Assembly (NCBI GenBank): GCA_016748015.1
Contig: JAAOMT010000752.1
Coordinates: 70,976 to 134,975 of the forward strand
Source: Geosiphon pyriformis uo1
Taxonomy: Eukaryota; Fungi; Glomeromycota
DNA: 64,000 bases
Reading direction: 5' to 3'
A model generated the notes under the pieces. The model made no database searches, had not been told where the DNA came from, and saw only the letters and a list, made by a program, of their open reading frames with translations. Shown here in pieces: positions 37,007-52,600 of this stretch (position 1 is its first letter; each line of letters begins with the position of its first letter). The position numbers and the translations under genes are program-made.

Positions 37007-37051
<45 letters not shown>

Positions 37052-38515
37052 TTATCATGAACTATGGTCCCCGATAATTAAGTTTTTTTTTCCACGTTCA
37101 TTGTACACAATTGTTTTTTTTCTTTATTATTGAAAAAGTGTAATTAGTCTTACTTCTTTTAACCTTCAAGTTATTTACATAATACGGATATCATTATCGT
37201 TAACTTACCTAAAATCTTGAGGAATAATCATCTTTTCAACTACAAAAAAACCTGATGGCTTTTTCCGGGGAAAGTCCGACGCCAAAGCTTAAAGAAACAC
37301 CATAAAAAGTTAGATATGCTTTTGGATATCGTTGGGTAATGCATTTTTGATTTTAAATGCGCCGAATTTTTATGCCATTAGTTTTTAGTGAAAGAAAGAA
37401 TTTAATTTCTCATTTAGTAAAACAGGGAAACTGAATTTTATGAGAGAGTTTTCATGATTTTTTAACTCTCATGCATAGTAGATCTCAAAATTTTAACTTG
37501 GGAGTGTAAATATTATCTCATAGAACATCAAAAATCATCACAATCGAAGATCTCCACTAAAATTAATCGAACAATGCGCAGATATGAAAAATTGTGTATA
37601 CCCAAAAAGTATTTACCAAAAAAAAAAAATAAAGAAATTGGACTCATCTATGCTAATAATAGTAATAACATTTTATCGTTTTAGGTAAATATTTTATATT
37701 TTCAAAAAAAAAAAAAAAATTTCCGATATCATCTTAAGATAAATCACGGATAAAATATCAAAAATTTTTAGAAATGATTTCAAGATAAAGATAAAAAGAT
37801 TTATTTAGAGATTGATCAGAAAACAATTTCTATTTTATCACTATCTGATCTCAACATAAAATTAATCTGTTACACCATATATTCTAAACCTGATAGGGTT
37901 CGACTCGCGAGTTTTCCCATATTTATAATAGATAGCGTGCTCTGTACCAGAAAATAATTGGCTAGCGATCTGCATATAATCGAAAAATGGACAATAGACC
38001 CTCTATCAATTGCAACACCACTGTATCATCAAATAAAGCGCCTGTCGGAATTTTGAAAACTTTCTTGTTGTGTTATTTTTTGACAGCAAAGCGGTTAGGA
38101 TGTCGGTCAAATATTTTGGTGGAAGGGTGAGAAAAAAAAATCATGCCATTTTTTTATTTTATTTTATTTTACTTTTTTATTTTTATTTTGTTTTATTTTG
38201 TTTTTGTTTTTGTTTTTGTTTTTGTTTTTGTTTTTATTTTTGTTTTTATTTTGTAAATGATGGGCATGATGAAAAAAGATTTTTTTTTTTTTTTTTAAGT
38301 CAAATGACGTTTTTATTTCCTTCCCCAATGACTAATTGGTAAAAATGGAAATTTAAAATAGGTTTAATTTATAATATATTATCAACATTTAGGTTTCTCT
38401 AGGATTTTCAAAAAAGAAAAGAAAAGAAAAGAAAAATCAGTCAGAGTTTCTTTCATTATATTTAGAGATAATTATTTTTAACCCAACCCATGAATAACAA
38501 TTTGTTAGCCCTAAT

Positions 38516-38568
<53 letters not shown>

Positions 38569-39304
38569 CACTTTATTTTTGTTTGTTTGACCTTTTTGAA
38601 ATAGTTTATTTAGCATATTTGGAAAACCTAGATTGATACTTTGATGATAAATCCATTATCTTGACACAATCTTAAAGACAAAAGAAAAACAGTCAGCCAG
38701 AGAACAATCGATCGATTAAAAGAAACACGAAATAATTAATTTATATCTTTTTTTTTTTTTTTAATGTTTGACAAAATTAAAACATTCTCTGAACGTTTTC
38801 ATGGTTAAAAATTTCTTTTTTAGGAAACTTTTTGGTAAAAATAGAAACTTGTACACCATTTTTTTCTTAATTTTTCAAAATATCATACGATGTCACACAC
38901 AATCACACCATTCTCATACCATCCTCATAATCATAATCATAATCATAACTCATACTCAATAACAAAACATCATGCACCGAAACTTTATAATTGGAATTAT
39001 TATTTTTTTATGCTTACTTTTTCGTATCCTCTGAATTTTCTACATGTTGCTTCATTCAGGGAAAAAACTTCTTTTTTTTTCATTATATTCAGAATAATAC
39101 CCTATCATCTATTAGAATTATCCCATGAGTTAATTAAGTATATTATAAACATCAATAGAAATCAGTAAATTAAAAGCATGTAATTAAACATCAATAGAAA
39201 TCAGCAAAATAAGTCATTCCTTTTTGGCATGAGGTTCAGAAAATTACCCCAATAAAAATCTTTTATTTAATTTTAAATTGTTTCGAATCAACAACAAGGG
39301 ATTT

Positions 39305-39342
<38 letters not shown>

Positions 39343-40146
39343 TTTGGGAAATCAATTTATCACTAATTTTTTTTTCAACAATGTACCTGAATGATAATCC
39401 ACGTTATCTGATAGATCACCTTTTATGAAACTCAATATTTTGGTTATGATTTTTGTATTACAAATTATCCCATTTTTTGATTGTATCACGAAAACTACCC
39501 AAATACTGAAACTTTTGATTGTTAACAATGAGAGTTTTTGACAGGTTTTTTAATGTGCAATTTTAAATTTGTCCTATCATAAAAAAATCGGGGATTCTAC
39601 TTTCACCATTTTTAAAATCACTCATCTTTTTCTTCTAAACCCCTTTTTTCTTTACACCAAATATTGCCCATCATCCCACCACGATAATTTTAAAAAAAAA
39701 AAAAAGTCCACGTTTTTTCAGCCTCAATCATGTTTTACTAAGGGATACCAGTTCAACAACGATTATATTATCATTTGGAAAGCCGAGAATATAAAGATAA
39801 TATTTTTGTCAATCCAAATAAACATGACCTGAAATTAATAGTAGTAGGTTTTAGACAGTTTCCATTTTGGCAGAGCTCTACAATTGAATGCATAATCGTA
39901 ATAATATCGTCATTCTGGCATCATGAAAACTTTATTCATATTTCATTTAGAATTATCATTATGATGAAGTTTCGAATCCTTTTCTATGTCAAAGAAATAA
40001 AAGAGTCCTGAAAAAATTAGAGTTAAAAGAAAGATATTGAGAACGAAAAAAAACCCTAAATTTTTCATATGAAAAAACAAACGATACCTCAAAAACTTTA
40101 TTACCTGTGTTTCTGAGACATTTACTCCTACAAATTTGACCTTTTT

Positions 40147-40203
40147 CCCCCCCCCTCCTCCTCCTCCTCCTCCTCCTCCTCCTCCCCCTCCTCCCCCTCC
40201 CCT
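40147..40203. repeat. (CCT)n C-rich microsatellite
   Basis: Directly visible. Confidence 0.95.
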
Positions 40204-43200
40204 CACAAACACCCTTTGATTTCTCAATGAAACCACGGACTAGAAAACAAAATAAAACTAACCTGAATTAGGAATTATTCAACCCACGCGTATTCTTAAT
40301 GAATTTTCTCAAAAGCAATTAAATTGCAATGACACGATTATGACATTAAAAAACATACGTTAATTTTTGTTCATGTATACTTTAAATTGGCGTCGCGGAA
40401 AAAATCTTTGTACAAAAAGGTAATGTCGGACCGAATAATGAAATTTCCACTGTTCGAACGATCATGAATTGGACGTTTCTAAGAACCCTCTTTTTTGTTT
40501 TTGATCGTATAATGAAAACAAAACCTAGGAAACGAGCTTCAGACTTGCTTTGAAAAAAAAAAAAAAAAAAAGGTCTCGATTATTTGGCTCAAAGGCTGAT
40601 CTTTGTTCTTTTGGTTCATAGAAGGAATTTTGACTCCCATATCATGAATTTATGAAACTAAATAGAAACTCAAAATGTTTTTAATTCGGCTTTCACCGGA
40701 TTTTTCCCATGGAAAAACTCGAAATTTCGAAATGAAAGTTCAATGTTTGACTAAATTCTTTTTTTTGCCATTGGTTCTCGTATTCGTGAGAGAAATAGCC
40801 TATCCTTTTTAAGAAGAATGGTGGGTAGCTTTTGATATTTGGATACCCAAATGGGAAGTCAAAGGTTCTTGTGCTAAGTGAGAATGTCATCAAAGATATG
40901 AGAAACTGATATTCTGAAACCAAAGAAATCCTTTAAATCGAAAATTTTTTTAGAATTTTCATTGCTTTATATGATTATTTACAATGTGATAATCATGTGA
41001 TTAGAAAAAAATGCCAAACTACAATTGAGAGAAATACAATTGAGAGAGAGAAATACAAATTTTTTTAATCTATTTCAAGCAATAATTAAATCAAAAGAGA
41101 AATCGGAGTCAAAAATTTAAAAAAAAAACTTATAAATCCTTAAATTCGATCACTATGTTCCTTTTTAAAACATCAGTTAATTTTAGCTTTTCTATCTTCA
41201 AATGATCATTATCTATGCCAAATATTTTATTTTGATCTTTCTTCTTTACTTTTTACTTCCACCTTTTTAGAAAATGCCACACCTCATTCATGCAAAAAAC
41301 ACACAGGCCAAATCTTTTAGTTTTAATTTAACCCAATTTGTTCATTTCAAGTTGCATTTCATTTGTCTATCTTTGCTTTTTGCATAAATATTTGTAGCCA
41401 AATAAAAAATTGAACGATATTATTTTAAATTACAATACATATGTTCCTAAAAAGGTGTTTCAAAAATAACCAAGCCTTTTTTTAAACAAAAAAAATTTTT
41501 GTTTGTTGATGATTATCTAAATTTTAATTGTCCCCTTTATTTCTTGTTCATTTCGAAGAGAGATAATATCATGTCCTAGAGATAGATAGATGCTTTCACA
41601 ACATGGGACTTTCTGTTGGCTTAGACGCTAGTACAGGTTTGTTTTGTAAGTTCTTTTTATCAAAAAGATAAAAATATGATATCAGACGATTCCTTTGAAA
41701 AGGGTCTTTTTTGAATTATGGATAGTTTAGGCGTGTGTAAGTTAGAGACATTGGAAATATTGAAATAAGTATTTTGATCCTTGTTTTTTCGTTATTTTTT
41801 CATGTTTGAATAAAGGTTTCTTCTATTCTTTTAGAACTGTTTAAAAGAAACAAATTTTGGTAAGGACTGTTTGAATCCCATTTGTATATATTTACAAATG
41901 ATCAATTCGAGATTTCTCTCATTGAGGAATAATGGATCTCAATTATGTCTGGCAACTTTCTTTAATTAAAACTCGTAGATAAGGTCACTCTGTGTATTTT
42001 AGTATTAGTTTTTAGAATTCCCAAAAATTTTTTTAAAGTCCAAAGATTATCTGTATTCCGGAGTCGATTATGAAAAAAGACTAAGCAAATTTTTTTGTAA
42101 TTTTTTTACTTATCTGAAACAATTTTCACAACCCTTTCAATTTTAGCTTCTCAAGGTTTGATATTCCGATCGCAACTAAATCTTTGAACTATTAATTATT
42201 AATTAAGACACCACACGTGAAAAATTTTTTTGAATCAACCCATCAAAAGATGATTCACGGTAAATCGACAAAATATTTTAGAGTCTATTCATGTTTTTCC
42301 GAATTTTAAAATAAACAAAAATTATTATTTTTTAACTCTTTTATTATCTCTTAAGCTGATTTCTTTGAAACGAATTAGTTGGAGGTATTAAAAGGTCAAA
42401 TATCTTAAATTCTGACATAAAAGTATTTAATCGTGATGGAGATAATAATAAAAAATAAAAAATAAAAATTATTATTATTATTCTTCTTATTTCATTTTTT
42501 ATTCTTATTTTTATTTTTTCAAAGCTGCACATTATCTCTTATCGGATTTTAAACCTGTATAAACATGTTTTTTTGATTAAAAGTTTCAAAGAGAAAATTG
42601 GCAATCATAGACGACGCACAGTGAAGCCACTTTTCTCTCGCAAAGAAATAAATTCTATGCGAGTATGGCCGACCTTAATTTGTTCTCTTTTGAATCTCCT
42701 TTTTTGCCATCTCTTTACTATTTTTTTTTCTTTCTCTCTTTCTCTCTTTCTTTCTTTCTTATCAATTATGTCACACCGCATAAATCCTCAAAAAAAGAAA
42801 ACGATCATCTCTAGATTTGGTATAGCAGTTCTCATTCAATGGAAAAAAATGCTCAATTTCATATAGCCGCATAGAAAAACATTGGAAATTTTCCTGGGAT
42901 AAGCGTTTACATCGAAAATATCGCTTGAAACAGGTTTCCCTTTGAATTTTGTCCAAAACAAAAAAAAAGTATTCAAGCCATCTAGCCAATTTATTGAATT
43001 GCCAAAATACTATTTTAAGCATCCAATTTAATAAATTACAATTCTAGGAAATGACCATCGATCTTGGTAGAATTCTCAATCACTGCGAGTAATTGAAAAT
43101 AAGATTTCAGTTGAAAAGATGATGGTGAATAAATCAAAAGCATTTTTCAACTTTCATTAGCACCATTTTTTTACCCCAATTTCTAAAGGTTGAGAAAGCC

Positions 43201-45629
43201 AACTTCCCATTTTCGTACTTCTGGATCTTCCCTTGTTGAGCAAATAACAAGATGACGCTATAGTCAGTTTGCTGCTGCTCTATTTTGGCAATCGTCAAAA
43301 TTATGTTGAATGTGTAAGTTAATCGGAAAAGTAAATTAGCACTAAAGCATTGGAAATAAGTATAAATCATCGTAAAATTAATAGTGTTTGCAAGATTTTC
43401 TCATCAGATGAGATGAAGAATAAGTATTGATCATCGTTCATTTCACGAATTTTAAAGGCAAACAGAGATAATCCCAAACTTTATAAAATGAAAAAAGATA
43501 CGATAAGAAAGAGATTTCGAAAAGTATTGACCCATTCAGTCAAAAACATATCAACTTTCATTGTTCCGTCTGCCTTTGAAACTGAGAAAAGAAAAATAAG
43601 GTAAGAACCTGACTCACCTAGAAAGTCTCAGTATTTAGATTACCCACAATTTTTAAATAAACAAGCATTGTCCATATCCAAAAGGAGAAATAAGATTTGT
43701 GGGGTAAAGGTTACACCATGATTACAAGATCAATTAGACAAATAAAAGTAATAAAAAGAAAATTACAGTATGGTGGGAAAATAGTTAAGCTGAACAATGG
43801 AAAATTATAGTTAGGAGTTTTTTAGAAAAAGCCCGGGGAAAATGAGAAATTTCAAAAGAACTTTTTTGCATGAAAAGATGGACTCAAAAATTGAAATCTT
43901 GAACTTGAAAAAGGTCCACATCAATTTACCTTAATTTGTGAGGGATTGGGAATGTATCACACGAGCCTAAATTTTAGATTTACACGTGTCAATCTCGAAT
44001 GGAAAGTTGATATCTTATTAAAGCTTTGTTTGGTTAAAATTCCGGCTTGACTCGCAAGAGATTACCGTAGATAATGCATCGGCTTTCACGAGACATTAGT
44101 CTTGCTTAACTCATAGAAAAGGTGCTTGAACAAGATGAAAAAAATTTGTAGTAAGGAGAACTGACTTTCAAAGAAAGCCCTACAAAGATTCTAGGAAAAT
44201 TTTGTTTCAAATTCTGCTTTAATAACTTTTTCATGTTCTAGGCTAATTATTTCCTAAATCTAATGATTAAGCGTTACTTTATGGCAAAAGACAATTGGAT
44301 GATAATCCAGGAGTACATTTTTTTAAACAATTTTAGCTAGAAGCTTCATTACCAAATCTCTCAGCTTCATTATAGATTTTTTTTATTATAAATTTTTTTT
44401 ATCGGCGTAAATCAAATGATAAGGGTAACTTCTAACCCTTATTAAATGAAATTTGAAACGCGGTATTTTCACCATCGAAAGAAAGAAGTAGGCGGGTATA
44501 AGCTTTTTCTTAATTTTTATCAAAATTTTAATTTCAATGGTCAATCACGGAATTAAATTAAAAAAAATCATATATTAGACAATAAAGTCTATATCCCTCT
44601 TGCCATATTAGTTTCAATGGGAATCGGAGAAATCTTTTCAACTATATTTTTAAAATTTGGGTATATATTTTATTATACTGTATATCAATTAAACTAGCGA
44701 TAATACAAATTAAGCCGTCCGATTTGTATTCAATATGTACAAAGAATTGAGGGTATTTGAACATCTACTATTGTCCTTTTGAACAACTCAACTATTGTAG
44801 CGTTATCTCGGGGGATATTGGGTGAGAATCATGCAATTCAGTTTCAAAAAGATCATCGAATTCCGAAGAGTTTTAATATTTAAGGCGTCTTCATTTGATC
44901 TCGAGATAATTTCTTGGCTGTTTCCAAAACACATTGTCTTAATGGGTAGGTCCGGAATTTTTATTCTTTGAATAAATCATTTGAGTCTCCCAACATTTTA
45001 TGATTGGGATTTATCGACCAAATTATTTTTGAAAATCAAAGGTGAAACGAAACTAGCACCAAGTCACTTTTCAAAGTTTGTCATGATCAATTAATTTTAT
45101 CAAATACTCGAGTTCAAAATTTTTTTTAAAAATTAATAATAAAAATAATAATAATGTTGATATGAACTTTTCATAAATAATGGGAAACCAAAAAAATTTT
45201 CAATATTTTTTTTGTTAAATTTTAATTTAAACTCAAAATTTTTTACTTAATCAATAAAAAATATAAAATAACATTTAAAAAATATTGTTCATTAATTCAT
45301 TAATTTAAATTTAAATTTATTTTATAATAATATAAATATTATATTTACATATATATATATAAAAGATAATATAGATTGATAAAATAAAATAAAATAATTG
45401 TTTTTATAATATTTCATTCAAAAATAAAAAGATATTTATAAAAAGATCTAATAAGAAAAAAATTAAAAATATATATAAAATAAAAATTCAAGTTTTTAAT
45501 TTAATAAATATTTTATTATATGTATATATATATAATTATTTTTAAAACAAAAAAAAGTCACAAAAATTTTAATATAAAATTTATTTATTTATTCCTTTTT
45601 TAAGATTTATTATTAATGTATATATATAT

Positions 45630-48600
45630 ATTTTTTTATTAGCTTTTAATAAGTAAAGCCCAACCACTATCTAGTATACAAAATCAGACTAAGTGATCAA
45701 AACTAGATACAACTCATGCATTTTCCACATGTGACTAGCCACTCAAGCCAGACAAAACAACACTATACACCTAAAACAACACAAGGGTTACAATCTAAAC
45801 TGGTGAAAAAGAGACACAACTACCACTGGCCAAAACTAACTGTGAAAAACTTAATGACACCAAGCATCCTAACTACCCCCTCTGACAGCAAAGACCTGAC
45901 ACAATGTGACAAACCTGACACTATTCTACCATTACCCACCAAGCCTGCTTTTTCCATCTCTACTCTATGTTTACATCTTACCAGCCAAATCTTAGAATAA
46001 TGCAACTCAGCAAACTGTCAAACAAACCCAACAATTATGTGGAAAGTCTTCTCTTTTCCGTCAAAAACATTAACAGCTTCCTTACACCAGTCTTTAAGCA
46101 CAAACCTCTTGCATAAAACTGAATACAAGTCAACATCCAAAAAACATCAACCAAGATCCCACAAAACAGCAAAAGAAGCCATGCTGACAGCACCCAACAA
46201 AAAAGTTCAAGATGCAAAGGCTTTAGCCAAAACCTCTTTTCAAACCCCAGCATCTGATACACATGTAAAAACATGATCAGGCATCTCCATCTCACTACAC
46301 AATAAACACAACATGCCAGGGTATCTCTTATTATACAACCTTTTCTTAACCACAACAGGCAGCCATTGGTGCACAGCTTTCATCAAATACGTATGCAAAC
46401 CAGAAGATTCCTGACTAGTAAAACTGGCAAGCATATGAGAATCAGGATGCCATACCTTAGCCATAACATTCCAGTCTACACATCCAACCAGATTGCTCAG
46501 AACAACATCCCAGCCAGGACCAGCCTCCCAATGAACATGACAAATAGACTAAAACACATCCCTAACAAAATGGTGGATATTACCAGACATAGCTGTATTT
46601 TCTGCCACCAAAAAACGTTCATGCACTCCAATAGACAAAAAAAACTTAGAACATGTAGCATAACCAGCAGCAGCATTTACCTCTACATTACTTACGACTC
46701 CAGAATGGCTCTTGATCTTTACCCAACTTATGACAAGATCTTTATTTCTAACTAAATTAAAAATGTGATGTCTTTCTATCCAGCATTTACCTCTACATTA
46801 CTTACGACTCCAGAATGGCTCTTGATCTTTACCCAACTTATGGCAAGATTTTTATTTCTAACTAAATTAAAAATGTGATGTCTTTCTATCCAGCATGGAA
46901 CACGAAAGTTAGGCACTGCCAAAGACATTTCAGATACACACGCATCAATGGCAGCCTAATTATCAAGATGCAATACCACAGTATAAGAGAATGGGACACA
47001 CTCTAATACCAAAGTGACTGCCTGCAATTCAGATAGAATGGAAGACAATAAACCACAAACCCTAACACCAACACTCAGATTCACTGAAAAAAAATATGCA
47101 GCTGCATCACCAGCAATATTAGCAGTTCCAGCATTTTTTAATGAGCCATCTGTGTAGACATTAAACAAACTAGACCAAATTTCGTGCAACCCACTCTGTA
47201 TATCAGAGAACTTCAAAAAATTCAGAACATCTGTTTCAGGTAGAAGATCAGCCTCAGCAGAAACAACTAACAAAGAGTTCATATTTAACAAAAATTTTGT
47301 AACAGTCACAAACCATAAAAAGACAGGGCCCTTCGGATCCAGTCTCTTCCAATGATAGAAGGTCTTCTACTCTATCACCCAATCATTTTTATCCAACAGT
47401 CTATCACCGAAAGCAACACCAAAACATTTCAATGAACAAACTGAACTGAAGTAAAGATTACTTTCTAACACAGAAGATACAAGAAACACACCAGAACTGC
47501 GGAAAGCACTTGGCAAATTGTTAGCTAAAGACAGCTTATTACCCAAAAAAATCTTGACCATGCCAGCCAAAAAATTGTCCACAGGACTGACATGCAACTT
47601 AACAGAGAACTGCAAGGGGTTTATCAGAGCCCAACTCAGAACCTACAAATCCAAAAATCTATGATTGAACAAACATCCAAAAATGCCAGAAGCATTGGTA
47701 AACAAAACCACAGCAGCTGATTTACACTCTGACTGCAATTGCTCAAATGATTTCAAGCCATATAATGAAGAGTGATGCACTGCTTCTACTAGAAAATCAT
47801 GTGGCAAGTGTGTCTTAGACCTAAAACTCTTTTAAATTATAGCATTCTATTTGCAGCAAACTCTCAATAAAACAAAACTAAACTGAATTCTGTAGCTAAC
47901 AATGGGCTGCAGAATGGCTGAAACCAAATAAGAGAACTGCTTGTCGGTAATAGTTTTCTTTAGTACCACATTGACAAAAAAGTGCACATTAGAATGAGCT
48001 TTGACCACATTTGGCTTAGACAATCCTTCAGTAGACAGAAAAATACCCAAGTATCTATAAGCCTCACCCTTCTTGGCTATTGAAATTGGCTGACCACTTA
48101 TGTCAAAGAAGCCGACTTAACACTCTAATTAATAAGAATGGCCACAGTTTTCTCATTGTTAATAGAAATGTTATTAATCACAAAAAACTTACTAGCGATA
48201 TTCAGAGTATATTGTATCAATATTTGACAATTGCTAATCCAAATTGTATTATCTACAAATGCACCAACAGCAAAGAAAAAAGATAATCTGCCACTAGTCT
48301 CAATTCTACCAGTTCTTGCAACCAACTTAGTGTTAATTCGATAACCACACAAATGTTCATGTCTCTTGACTTCACACAGAAGGGGATCATAAAAGATCCT
48401 CCAAAGTAGAGACAAAAAGACTTCACCTTGATCCAATCCATCACACACTTTGTATCCATCAGTAAGACTGAAATTGGTTATAACTCTATTAATTTTATCA
48501 CCATGTATGCTGCCAAAGAATCTAATGAACCTATTACACATTTTGATTCTACACAAGCTAGCCTCCAAGTAATGCCAACTCACAGAATCATAGGCCTTGC

Positions 48601-51600
48601 GCATGTCCTGGAGAACCAACCAAAGTTCACAATTTTTCTCAAGAACATCTTCAACAACCGAACCAATTGCAAACACAGAAGATTGGGTAGATGTACGCTT
48701 TAAGACAGAAAAGTTGTCACCTTGTAAAACACCAAACTTGCTGCATGCAGAAGAAATCCTATCAAAAAGAATCTTGAAGAGAATCTTCCTGGCAGTTTTG
48801 ATCAAAGCTATAGGCCATGTATTTATAAGAATCCCGTCCCAATCATAAGGTTTGAGAATCATTGAGACCCAAGTCCTCCTTCAAAAAACAGGAACACCAC
48901 TAACCACCAAACATGTATTTAGCAATCTCAAAAGAAATCCCAATACTTCAATGCCACCATGCTTCCAGAGTTAATTAGAAATGCTGAACAAACCAGCAGC
49001 CTTACCATCAAACAGACTATTGACAACCAAGAGCAGCTCACTCAGACTGACAACATCCATCACACCAAAAAAGACACAATCCTACACATAATTCAACAAA
49101 GCATATTGACAGGCCCAAAGATTAGGCAACACCAAAGGCATTGCTTGTTTCCTAGTTCAATCCTCCATAATTTTGTCTACATTGATCTTCACTTCCCCAG
49201 ATTCCAAAATTAATTCATCATCTATCACTAAGTGATCTAGAACTACTTTGCGAAAAGGCCAATCCAAAATGCTTCTGATCATGCTGCCTTTGTTAGAGCA
49301 GAAATTTTTCATGCATTTTAAGATAGCCAATCTAATAGAAGTTTTCTCAGCTGCTCTTGACTCATGTATCTTCGATTTTCTGTATTTTTTATGGACCAAT
49401 GACAAATGCCCGAGAACCACCTCGGACTTCTCACCCAAGCTAACCAAGTCAGCAAAAGCATGAGTTCTGATACTATCTAATGTTGACCACATCTTCACAA
49501 GATGATGAATGCTATGCAAGTCACCTAAACCAAACTTCTTAACAATCTTGGCAACCAACAATTCCAAACCAAAAAAACTAGAGGAAAGTCTGTTTTTAGT
49601 ACAATGAAATTCACTAAACCAATGTTTCAAAAATGTCTTGTTGACCAATTCTACCATCACCCTCTTCAAAACTCCCCACATAGTATCCACATTACCATGA
49701 GTTTCAACACCAAGAAATTTATTAGCAACTGCCAAAAGTTTAGCAGAAAGGTATTCTCTAAATCCAGTCTACTTGGGGCCATCAGCGTCTTTGATTTTAA
49801 ACTTCCAATGATCTTTGTTAGTCTGTTTGCACAAGCCATTCAACTGAACATCTAAGAGTCCACCCAAGCCAATTGAAACCAAAACAGCCTCATGATTTGT
49901 ATCAAAAAATTCAAATACAGAGCATATCCAATGTCCAGTAACAGTAAAAAAAAGATTACTGCCAATGAAAATAAAATCAATTGTCTTTTTAATTCCCTAT
50001 AAGTTGCATCATGTGGGGCTCTTTGCCAAATGATGATTGGTAAACAAATTGACCAAACCTAGATCCAAACAAAACTTGAACGTTATACTCCTCCTAGATC
50101 CATTCTCATTAAAATCCCCACCCAAGACCATAAAAGTGCTAGAGTTAACAGCTTCTGTAATCATAGAGTTCATCTCCGAAGCTTAAGCAAATCTGGTCCC
50201 AAAAGAGACACCAGCATATAAATCCAGAATTGTGACTGAGAGCTTGCCTTTAAATGAAAGTCAAACTGAAATAACTCAGCCAGGAATCTCTTTGATCTTA
50301 AATACATGACAAGCCAATGAATTGTTCATAATCACAGCAACCCCAGCATCCAGAAAACCTCTATTCAGGCCAGACATGAAAACATGCACACCCTCAAACT
50401 TGTTAGTAATCCAAAACTTGCTACTGGACTTCAATTTTGTTTCTGTAATGATAGAAACCATATTCTTAGACTCTTTATGTCAACGAACAATGTCTTTCTA
50501 CTTAGTAGAGACATTGAAATCTCGAACATTACACATAGCCACTTTCCACACCAAACCACTTATTGAGATGAAAGAGGAGCTGAAGAACCTGCACCATAAC
50601 ACAGATGATCCAATTTTTCCAAAACCAAACCAATTGAGACCTCAAAAGCTACCATTTTTGATTCCAATCTGCCCACCTTGGAGGTCAAAACCTTGGAAAG
50701 ACTCAAGCCAGAACCATGAACCACATTATTAGCAGTTGAGAGATGAGGAGCAGAAGCCAACATCTTATACTTTAAAACCATATCTATATCTAAAAGTGGT
50801 ACCAAAGAGGTAGGAGTGGCCAGAGAAAAAACATCAGAAGAGGTCGCCTTTGGTACCAGTTCCATGTCACCTAATTTTTTTAATATACCAGACACCTGAT
50901 CCATTAAGAGCTCTAAGGAGCATTTCAAAGTGGCCAGATGGGTGTTCAAAGAAAAGTCATTGGCTGAAGCAAGAAAAGAACTACTGTCTAAATCTGAGAC
51001 ATTAGAAAGAAGGGCACTAGAGCTAGAACCAGAACTAAAACAAAGACCACCAAAAGGACCAGCAAGTGAAACCACCTGGGTCCAAGATTTGCTACCAAAG
51101 GCAGTAGGATGAGATATCGAAACACTTTTTTTTTCATACAACTTTGCCAACTAAAGATGACATCCATCAAAAGCAACCCTTTTAAATGTTCTCAAAAGCT
51201 TGAATGGGGATGCAACGGATGCATTACATTCCAAAGCAGAATGACCAAACTTTCCACATTTTTCATACTGAACCAGATCCATCCTTGCCTAAGAAAGTTT
51301 AATACCACCAAAAATCAGCTCTATGCAAAAGGCAGATTCCAGATTATCGTCAGATTCAAAACCAATGACAGCACAACGAATTCTATTACCAGTTTCCAGA
51401 GACCTGTTTATGATGCAAGTTTTTCCACCAGCCCTATTAAGAAGAGTCCCAAAATCATGTGCCATAGTTCCCACCAACAAAATAAATAAAAGCACCCTGA
51501 ACTGATCCCTTGATGCCCAAGTCTTACACTCTTTCACTGCTTTGGCTACTTGCACAGAATTCTTACCAATCAGAAATAACCACTTAGAAACTAATGAATT

Positions 51601-52600
51601 AGCTTGGCCCAATTCAGCAAACTCCACCACAGTTTTTTGCCACATTTCTATTAATTGAATTTTGATCGACTTAATTTCCCCAAACTTGAATACTGTGGCG
51701 ACAATCATATCTTTAGGAGTATTTATGGGAATTTCTTTGATCACCACAGCTCAATCTGGCCTTATTTCTTGTCTCTTAAAATTATCAAAGAATAACTTTT
51801 TGAAATTTGGAAAGACTATTTACATCAATCCCTTTTTCTCTAGCCAATAATGTGGTTACTTCCATGCTTTCTTTTGAAATAAATGTTGATTAAATGATTC
51901 CTTCAAATTTTGAAGGGGTAGTGGCCCCCCCAAAACCATTGACCATTGAAAAAATTTTCTTAATTAACTGAGATTTTGCCATTGCAGATTTTCCTTCCAC
52001 AGCTGAAAAATTAATATCTAAAGCAAATAACCTCTTAACTGACACTTCTACAGAAATCTTAATAATCTTAAGATCAATCCACTTTTTTTCCAGAGAAATA
52101 GACAAGCAAAAGGGAAGCACAATTTCGTCATTATCCATAGTGAAGTCAGAAAAGCCAAGTGGAGAGCCAAACATTGTACCAGTATTAACATGTTTTATCT
52201 TGGGAATGGTTACAGCTGAACCTAAAAGGGACTCTCCATTTACACCTGTCATGCCAACATCCTTATCATTACCAGACAGACTATCCATATTAGAGTACAC
52301 ATTATTACCAGGCCCAGATTTACTTAAAGAGATATCTTTTTCATCACCAAAGTGTTTAACATTGCCAAGAACAACTTTTTTTTTGAGCAAAAAAACCACT
52401 AGCAGGACCATAGAAAGCACCTTTAGGCACTTTTTTTTTTGACATATTACCACCCAAAGCAGCCTTCAAATTCATGATGAAGGGATTATTGTTTAAAGAA
52501 ATGTTGAAAGAAAACTAACAAGAAAAAATAAAAATTTCTTTTTCAGAAAATGCACTTTTTTAAGGATTTTTGGAGATAAGAGAGAAAAAAGTTTTATTAT
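45630..52600 (-). mobile_element. Near full-length inactivated LINE: ORF1 (~52475-50560) and ORF2 APE-RT-RNase H-Cys/His tail (~50560-45770)
   Basis: APE: VWKVAMCNV, IITETKL, VLGGDFN, KTIDFI. RT: WPIALIKTARK, LQDMRKAYDSV, GLDQGE, AFVDNT. RNase H: VYTDGSL...ELQAV...LHLD...KIKSHSG. Tail: CLLC...HVFTC. Many stops and frameshifts. Confidence 0.93.
46671..46896. repeat. 110-bp tandem duplication within the LINE RNase H region
   Basis: 46671-46780 equals 46781-46890 except at 2 positions. CAGCAT is present at all three junctions. Confidence 0.95.

Noticed and set aside
43134-43620. Possible small spliced gene
   Set aside because: Isolated splice-like signals, but no coherent model or recognisable protein could be built.
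45716-52442. Numerous plus-strand ORFs over the LINEs
   Set aside because: Antisense shadows of minus-strand LINE ORFs with no independent motifs.
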